In this document: piece by piece, positions 47,995 through 55,306 of the stretch | Layout of the letters: every line of letters begins with the position of its first letter | How positions within the stretch are numbered: the stretch's first letter is position 1 | Source of the DNA: Scyliorhinus canicula | Taxonomy: Eukaryota | Length of the DNA: 55,306 nucleotides | Direction of reading: 5' to 3' | Assembly: GCF_902713615.1 (NCBI RefSeq) | Contig: NW_024056013.1 | Location: forward strand, 631,467-686,772 | The notes under the pieces: model-generated | Seen by the model: the letters and a program-made list of their open reading frames with translations, nothing else | The model's database searches: none | What the model was told of the DNA's origin: nothing | Position numbers and translations under genes: made by a program

Positions 47995-48539
47995 TGTTTT
48001 TGTACAGCGCTGAATGGCCTTGAGTTCACTGTGCCTCACTGCACAGAGATAGGTGGCGGTGTCTGTCACTCGAACGTCACTATCATTCAGAGAGCTGTGT
48101 TACTCTGCTGAAATGAACCGAGCTGTTATCCTGCCCTGATCGCTGCTCCCGCTCGCCAGGTGCTGCATGGTTCCATCCGGGTATTGTCTGTACCATTGGA
48201 GGATATTTCCTGCTACTGTGGTGGAACAGGCCAAGGATGCAATGTCTCCCTCGGGAACCACAATTGACTCTGGAGACTGCGACAACTCGTCACTGCCAGC
48301 GGCATCTGAGATGTAAAATAACATGAATAATTTAATATCACACAGACGGCGAGAATATGATATAGCACAATCAACTACAACATGACATAACAATATATAC
48401 AATAAAGGAAACTGTACGTCCCTATAACATGACATGTCTGATGTGTGACATATTCCTGCCAGATATAGTGATTGCACTCACACGGAGAGAAGAGTAAGAA
48501 ATTCAGGGAGATAATCACTAAAGTGAAGCTCAGCTTCAT
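47995..48539 (-). pseudogene. TRAV: Family-F V with a single in-frame stop (leader 48539-48482, V 48305-48034, RSS 48033-47995)
   Basis: MKLSFTLVIISLNFLLFSP / YAAGSDELSQSPE..LAC..QWYRQY..ISAE*HSSL..ATYLCAVR; CACAGTG-23-ACAAAAACA. Confidence 0.9.
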
Positions 48540-48741
48540 GTTGGATCCTATCGATCTGTGTTCAGTAGCTCTCGGTAGTGTTCAGGACCAGAGACAATAC
48601 CGCGGAGGCAGCGCTGTTGTCCATCAAACTGAGTCTAACACCAATTGCACCGTGCCCGCCCGAGCCGGGTCTCAGGGGCTTGTGATCACAAAGTGAAGCT
48701 GTGAAGGAGATTCAGCATTGGATGGGGTGTGGGTCGAAGAA

Positions 48742-49230
48742 TGCGCATGCGCAGAGCACCGCCTATGTGGAGTCAGACTGAGGACACGTGTGATGTTTTC
48801 CTGCAGATTGAGTTACGTAAGTCTGTAAACTGAGTGACGTCAGTGGGACTGGTTGAAGAGTCAAAAATATCTTTCCCGGAGCTGATCTGAACAGCCAGCC
48901 CTGAGTTTTAGAGAATTAACAGCTGATCAGAAATAGCAAGGCTGGATTACCCTGGAGACTGGTTTGATGACGGATCTGTCGGTCGGATCGGATTCTGCAG
49001 TGTATTTTTACTGCCGCTGCTGGTAACAGGTGGGTTAGTTTCATTCGAGGTTAATGTGGTCCCCTCCCCCGCCCGGTGTGGATTTGTGTGGCTGACATCG
49101 CCGCTGCTCGATGGCTCCACATCATGTCTGCATCTGCCCGAGATTCTGTCGAAACTCCAACAGACAGGAGCTCTAAGACACAGTGCAAAATACGGGACTG
49201 TTGTCCACCATGAACTCAGTCTGTGAGTCC
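48742..49230 (+). pseudogene. Orphan V promoter and ATG-less leader-like exon with a possible decayed V start
   Basis: TGCGCATGCGCA 48742-48753, CACGTG 48785-48790, AGTGACGTCA 48833-48842; RIGFCSVFLLPLLVTG|GT ending at 49029. Confidence 0.4.
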
Positions 49231-50432
49231 TGCTCCTGAGTAACTATTCAGAGCCACTTTCTCTATCCAGAGATGGAGGGAGGTTTGGCTGCCTGAGCGG
49301 TGCTGTTGCTGTTTTGTTTTTTGCCTCACTGCTTGTCTGCTGACATGAGTAACATAGCACAAGTGAAAGACTGAAACTTTCTCCTGAACACCACACGGAC
49401 TGCAGCGGTTCAAGAAGGCAGCGTCAAAGGTTAAACTAAAAGCAACTACATCTTCTGTCTTAACATCAGGCGGCAGTAGCCGAGAAACAGAATTCACATC
49501 ACTCAGATCAGAAATACATGCTGAAACAGGAAATAATCATATGTTTAAAATTCCGATTGAAACCATGATTTCAAATGCGATGAAATGTGTTTGTTCCACA
49601 ATTACTTTCCGAAATGCCCCGCCTGCACCAGCCCCATACAACCCAGATGGCCGCATTGTCGCCGTCTGATTTGTAAAGGTTGAAATTCGAAGCAACACCT
49701 TCTATTCCGCACCATCAAGAATCGGTTGTCTTTCTCAGCATTTTCTCACTTCACTTTCTTGCGTCTCCAATGATGGTTTAAGACCTGTAGGTGGGGAACT
49801 GCCCGTCAGTGAATGGGAACAATCCGAGCTGGGATACAATCAGTACCTTATAAGAAGAATCGCTGCATATTTCCAGACGGGGTTAGGGATGGGTTTGCTG
49901 GTCTGGTTATTGTAGGACGGGAACACATGTTTGTGAATTGTGTCAGAAAAACAATAAACAGACACTCGAAAGGAGAATTAATATTCGAGGGACTCTGACC
50001 TTGGCGTTTGTTATAAAGTCTGCAACCACTGCCTCATGAAATGTGCTAATTTTCTACAAATGTCTGTGAACCAATAAAATACACCAGTCATCCAGACTCT
50101 GTGTATCGACTTTGATCAAAGGGTCCTAGAAGGGGAGAACTGAGATGGAGAAAGGTTCACACAATAATTCAGACAGAAATGGAAAGATCATAAACAGACT
50201 AAATGTGAGTTAACGAACCATAAATTAACTTGTGAAATTCATTTCAGTACAAATGCAAGTTATAAAGTAACGAATATAAGTATTCAGTTCCTGCTCACTT
50301 GTTCGTATTGAGTGTTGTGTTTGATTTTGATGTTGTATTAATGAGCCTGTGACCCTGACAGGCTGAGTAGCTGTGTCCGTCTATCATTGTGACAGCGCCC
50401 TCTGCTGCGAAATAACTGGAACTCCCAGTGCG

Positions 50433-50907
50433 AGTTCATGTACGGGACCCGCTATAACTCTGCAGCAGTGTGGGCTCCATCGCGCAGAAATATACGGCAC
50501 TGTCGGAGAGATCAGCTCCGGCGATATTTAAAGGAACCGTTTGGTTTTCTTTGTGTAAAACAGCCGAGAACCTGGCTGGGAAATCTGGAGACTTATCTGA
50601 ACTGCCCGTGCTATATATTTTCATTACATTCCTCGGAGGATCCCCGCAACACTGAATGTACCAGAACAGAGTGTTAAAAACAGCTGTCGAGTATCTACAG
50701 TCCAGGTTAATGCTCTGTCCTTCCAGAACCGTTATCTCAGATCGATCCTGGGACACTGATTCTTCACCATTTGCTCCTGGAACAAAACACAAAATGTACT
50801 CAGTATCTGGGAGTAAAGATAACACACAGAACACATGGTGAACATTTAAACATCGACTCACCGGGAAGCATGGCCATTATTATCAGTAACCAACATGGGG
50901 AACACAT
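50433..50907 (-). CDS. TRAV: Functional-looking TCR V, family-A body with family-B-like 3' end (leader 50907-50862, V 50776-50473, RSS 50472-50433)
   Basis: MCSPCWLLIIMAMLP / GANGEESVSQ..LDC..FWYIQCCG..AVYFCAMEP; CACACTG-24-ACATGAACT (weak nonamer); CTCF motif 50408-50395. Confidence 0.87.
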
Positions 50908-53628
50908 GGTGTCTGGATTAGAGTTCGACAGAAATAAATCCGATTTGAAATATGTTCTGGTATTAAAGCAGAAATTCAGATCAGGAGAATCTTCACTGAC
51001 TGGGAGACTGAGGGGCGTTTCCCAGCGACATGATTGGCTGGTCTGTCGACCCTGATGACAGTTGGGCGCCAATCAGTGTTAGTCCTGGACGAATAATATC
51101 TTCTGATTCTCTCCTTCTCCCTGTCTTTCTCTGTCCCTCCATCTCTGTCTTTGTCTCAAGGTCTGCCCCGCCCTATCGCTCGGTCTCTATATATCTGTTT
51201 CCCCTTCCTCTGTTTCTGACCCTCTCTCACACACTTCCTCTGCCTCTTTCTTCCCTTTTCCTTGAAGTTCAGACTGTAGAAAACCCAATTCGTCCAACTT
51301 CCTCATTTCAAGGAGTTCATCAAAGTGTTCAGTTAATAGGAGCAGCTGAAAAAGGTAAAATATAACAGCCACAGCTCAGGATTAGGATAAACATGGCATC
51401 AGTTACATTTAGATCCCAAAATAATACAGGATATTTGTGTGAATTATGGCCATATTAACATATTTTCGATGTATTGGTATTTTAGTGTCAGGATCTCATC
51501 GAGATCTCCGTGATTTCATATTGTTTAAAACCAGCTTCCTTAAACAATGTGACTGAGATATCACACTAAACAACGGTATTCGGCAGGATTTAAAGCAAAT
51601 CTGGAATTAGCTCCATGTATAACTTTATAATCATTGAAATAAATTGCAATAATAAAAATATGAACCAAAAATAATGTTACGTCATTATACATCAACATCC
51701 TTCAGTAATTTGAGAATTCGATAATTTTCCAGGAAAGCGCCATATACCTCAGATCGCCACCAGATGGAGCTCGCTCACCATGTTTTTCTGTTCACTGCAC
51801 TCGGTATAGGAGAGACAACATGGTGTTTGTGCGACGAGTCTCGTCATCCAAGGCGTCAAATGGATCCCGGAAATGATTGTTTCCTCATTGCTTCCACACT
51901 TTCTTAAGATTTACCTGAATATTTACCATTTGATCTCCTTCTGACTGTTTGAGGGTCTGTAATGCACTCCCAGTAGCATGAGAGCGCCTTTATTGGCCCT
52001 ACACTCAATCGGTGTGTCGTCAATTGGTCATCTTCCAACATATCATCCCTTGTCATTTCTGTAATTGATTATCTAACCAATTTAGCCACCCCACCCTTTT
52101 TATACCCTGTCTATCTCTGTCTGAAAACTCTGACAGGAGGAATATTGAACTGCCATTCGGTCCCTCTCTATCTGTTTCTGCAGTAACTATTAATTCATAC
52201 TCTTATCGGTGCCCTAAACTGGCCTATTTTGTTTACTGTGCTCACCATATTGAATTATATCCCCATTGCCACTGTCAAATCTTCCTTTTTATTTTCTATC
52301 AATGGATTCCTTTGTTGTCCAGACGCACCCAATGATTTTCCACCTTCCAGGCCCATTCTTGATTATTCCACATCTGAATTTACCAATCAGTTCCCACCCT
52401 CCTGCCAAAGCAGTTTACCCCTTCCCAGCAGCACTCGACAAACGCCCGACAGGAAACCACTTTACCGCCACCTCTGAGTCAGTTCTGCCAGTCGGGCAGT
52501 ACATTCTCGGGGATGTTGACGGTGGACTCTGCAAAATGAGCGTATGTTTCAGTGAAAATTGTTATTTTGGAACTCGAGGCTGTCAGTGGGGAGGTGGTGA
52601 CCTCGTGGCATTATCACTGGGTAAATAAATCAGAAATCCTTGTTTGAATCTCACCATGGCGGGTGTTGGAATTTAAATCATTCAGGTTTGTTATTGTAAA
52701 AAATACAGTTCTACAGGAGACTGCAGATCCACAGCAATGTGATTGACTCTTTTTCACAAATACTTTCATTGGGATTTTTAACATTTAGTAACAAGATGTA
52801 TGCACAACATGAGACAGAGCCATTGGTAGGAATACAAAAGAAGAAACAAAGCAACAGCAACGTCATAAACATCTGTAAAACAGGTCGTCACTTTCACTGT
52901 GAACCAGGTTCTGTGCTCACATTCCCTTTTGTACATTTATATTTACAATCAAAGTCAGAACTTTTAACTTTATATTTACGCTCATTTTGAACGGCGAAGT
53001 GGGGAGCGGGTGGGGGTGGGGGGTGGGGGGGGGGGGGTGGTGGTGTAGAAGTCCTGTTCCCCCATTGAGTTTTCGAGGGAGGCTCGGATGGTCCATCTCC
53101 TCGGTTTTCCATGTGTGTGTGTTGGGAGGTCCTCAAAAGGACAGACACAAACGATACTGGCTTAGAGGAAATGCCAGAGACTTAACTGAACCAACTTTGA
53201 GATAGAAAAAACGGTCTTCCTGATGGATAAACAGGAAAAGCCAGTGTGGGAATCCAGGCTCAAAGTTGATTTACAATTACCCCTCCTTTCTTCTACATGA
53301 ACGGTATTTAGGCTGCAGCATGTTACACACCAAAACACAAAGAGGTCAAATATAAGAAACACATAATTGTCAATTCTGAAACTCAACTCAAGCATTGAAT
53401 AACGAAACAAATATTGTGTAAAGTCGGTTGCTTTGTTCTGTAGGATTTAAGAATGCTGCATTAATAATAGAAGAGAGCATTTCGCCGTTAGAGATTTGCT
53501 GAACAAATTCTTCAGTTCAATATAAGTTCTTCTTCTGGCTTGTAAGTTTAAACATCTGTTTTAAAGAAATAGACGTGTTCTTTTAAGAAGTGACATGGCC
53601 TCTCAGCAAAGCTGAACCATGCAAAGCT

Positions 53629-53701
53629 GTTTCTGTGGTGTAGTGGTTACCACATTCGCTTTACACGCGAATGGTCCCCAGTTCGGAACCGGGCAGAAAC
53701 A
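53629..53701 (+). tRNA. tRNA-Val-TAC: tRNA-Val(TAC) on an AAC/CAC-type body, T-arm mismatch
   Basis: GTTTCTGTGGTGTAGTGG..TTCGCTTTACACGCGAA..CAGAAACA, 73 nt. Confidence 0.8.
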
Positions 53702-53795
53702 TCTGGTGTTTCCAGTTTAGTCTGTTGCTGAATATTACCTCAATCTCGTAACTGATCTTCATCATCGAGGAATAGCACGAGTTTGGAACTTCTGT

Positions 53796-53868
53796 GGGCC
53801 AGTGGCGCAATGCATAATGCATCTGACTACGAATTAGGAGATTCCAGGTTCGACTCCTGGCTGGTTCG
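53796..53868 (+). tRNA. tRNA-Arg-ACG: tRNA-Arg(ACG), degenerate
   Basis: GGGCCAGTGGCGCAATG..GACTACGAA..CCAGGTTCGACTCCTGGCTGGTTCG; D-loop GG changed to GC. Confidence 0.8.
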
Positions 53869-54197
53869 CAGTTCCTAGTGTTGGAGTCCCCTTTAGTTCA
53901 GTGGGTTGGACAGCTGGTTCCCGATGCAGAGCAAAGTGAGCAGGGCATCATCAATTCTCGTTTCAGCTCTGGTTATTTATGAAAGCCCTGCCCTCTCAAT
54001 TTAACTTCAAGCAAAACATAACTAATCTCCAGTTCAGCAAAGTTCAATATCTGATCCTTTGATAAGTTGAGACATCAGTTTTAAAGAAACGGGTTCTTGC
54101 AATAAGTTACATGGTATTTCAGCGGAACCATTAGCAGCTGCAGCAACACATTGAGGTTCAACATTGCACAGGGCCACTGATTGCAACACTCCCAGCA

Positions 54198-54244
54198 GTT
54201 TCTGTCGTGTAGTGGTTATCACATTCGTCTAACACGCGAAAGGT
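54198..54244 (+). pseudogene. 5' part of tRNA-Val(AAC), cut by a CR1 insertion
   Basis: GTTTCTGTCGTGTAGTGGTTATCACATTCGTCTAACACGCGAAAGGT; 5' flank homologous to that of the 34611 Val gene. Confidence 0.78.
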
Positions 54245-54644
54245 GAGTAGGAATGTCAGGATAGATAGGATGAATGCGTGGCTCGAGAGATGATGCAAGA
54301 GGGAGGGATTCAAATTCCTGGGGCATTGGGACCGGTTCTGGGGGAGGTGGGACCAGTACAAACCGGACGGTCTGCACCTGGGCAGGACTGGAACCGATGT
54401 CCTGGGGGTGGGGGGGGGGGGGTGTTTTCTAGAGCTGTTGGGGAGGGTTTAAACTAATGTGGCAGGGGGATGGGAACCAATGCAGGAAGTTGGAAGGTAG
54501 TAAAACAGGGACAGAAGCAAAAGGAAGTAAGGGGAAAAGTGCAAGGCAGAGAAGACATAGTCAAAAATCTAAAAGGGCGACAGTGACTGAGGGGAGCTCA
54601 GTGAATAGGCCCAGTAATAACAAAAGGAATAAAACTGGAGATGT

Positions 54645-54985
54645 AATTAGAACAGAGAACAGCACAGCACAGAACAGGCACTTCGGCCCTAGATGTTGTG
54701 CCGAGCAATGATCACCCTACTCAAACCCACGTATCCACCCCATACCTGCAACCCAACAACCCCCCCCCCCCTTAACCTTACTTTTTAGTACACTACGGGC
54801 AATTTAGCATGGCCAATCCACCTAACCCGCACATCTTTGGACTGTGGGAGGAAAACGGAGCGCCCGGAGGAAACCCATGCACACACGGGGAGGACGTGCA
54901 GACTCCGCACAGACAGTGACCCAGCCGGGAATCGAACCTGGGACCCTGGAGCTGTGAAGCATTTATGCTAACCACCATGCTGCCC
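54645..54985 (-). mobile_element. Full-length HE1-type SINE fused to the tRNA-Pro trailer
   Basis: Starts GGGCAGCATGG at 54985; tail GTTCTCTGTTCT. Confidence 0.87.
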
Positions 54986-55022
54986 CAAACATGCAGCTTG
55001 ACCAACGGAAAACCTCATCGAA

Positions 55023-55112
55023 GGGCTCGTCCGAGATTTGAACCCGGCACCTCTCGCAAATTCCAACAGCGACACACCCAAAGCGAGAATCATACCCCTA
55101 GACCAACGAGCC
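55023..55112 (-). tRNA. tRNA-Pro-TGG: tRNA-Pro(TGG) with 18-nt intron, retro-inserted copy
   Basis: Intron TGTGTCGCTGTTGGAATT; only a few nt of leader; 36-nt trailer joined to HE1. Confidence 0.88.
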
Positions 55113-55306
55113 CCAAAGATGTTAAGATTCAAAACAGAGGTAAAAAAAAACAACATAAGTGTACTTTACCTGAATGCTCGTAGTATTCGGAATAAAGTAA
55201 ATGAGTTGATGGCACAAATCATCGTAAATGACTATGATTTAGTGCCCATTACTGAAACATGGTTAAAGGATGCTCACGACTGGGAGTTAAATATCCGAGG
55301 GTATCA

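Larger units (their letters stand above)
54245..55306 (+). mobile_element. CR1 LINE: ORF1 esterase-like end to ORF2 endonuclease start, running off the window, interrupted at 54645-55116
   Basis: RMNAWLER*CKREGFKFLGHWDRFWGRWDQYKPDGLHL; VLYLNARSIRNKVNEL..ITETWL. Confidence 0.85.

Noticed and set aside
49813-49998. ORF containing FPDGVRDGFAG, reminiscent of Ig light-chain FR3
   Set aside because: No flanking WYQ or YYC motifs and no RSS.
54198-54400. tRNA-Val half joined to CR1 as a nascent SINE
   Set aside because: The upstream flank matches other genomic Val loci and the partner is an internal ORF1 part of a long CR1, so it is a LINE insertion that cut a tRNA gene.

Overview
Elasmobranch (shark) genomic DNA, identified from HE1/V-SINE-type SINEs, CR1/HER1 LINE pieces and the V-gene style. 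The window lies inside a T-cell receptor alpha/delta variable-gene array. I find about 23 V segments or V remnants from at least 7 families (labelled A-G here), on both strands, with ~23-bp-spacer RSSs. Seven look functional (4710-3401 minus, 9553-10024 plus, 16479-16045 minus, 24787-25287 plus, 29083-28646 minus, 45711-45207 minus, 50907-50473 minus). Two keep an open frame but have lost hallmark Cys/Trp residues, and the rest are pseudogenes. No D, J or TCR constant exons were found. The array is largely built from a repeated head-to-head pair of family-G and family-B genes, with CTCF-consensus motifs at fixed positions. Eleven tRNA genes or remnants and many retroelements are interspersed. 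Most notable observations: (1) three chimeric inserts, each an unprocessed pre-tRNA (short leader, 33-36 nt trailer ending at an oligo-T) fused to the 5' end of a full-length SINE, two with 6-bp target-site duplications, suggesting SINE-coupled retro-mobilisation of tRNA genes; (2) an intron-containing tRNA-Pro(TGG) family; (3) orphan immunoglobulin heavy-chain transmembrane exons (TM1+TM2) among the TCR V genes; (4) RSS-proximal and divergent CTCF-like motifs; (5) minimal hammerhead ribozyme motifs in Penelope-like remnants. Repeat boundaries are approximate; everything was read by eye and no database search was run.
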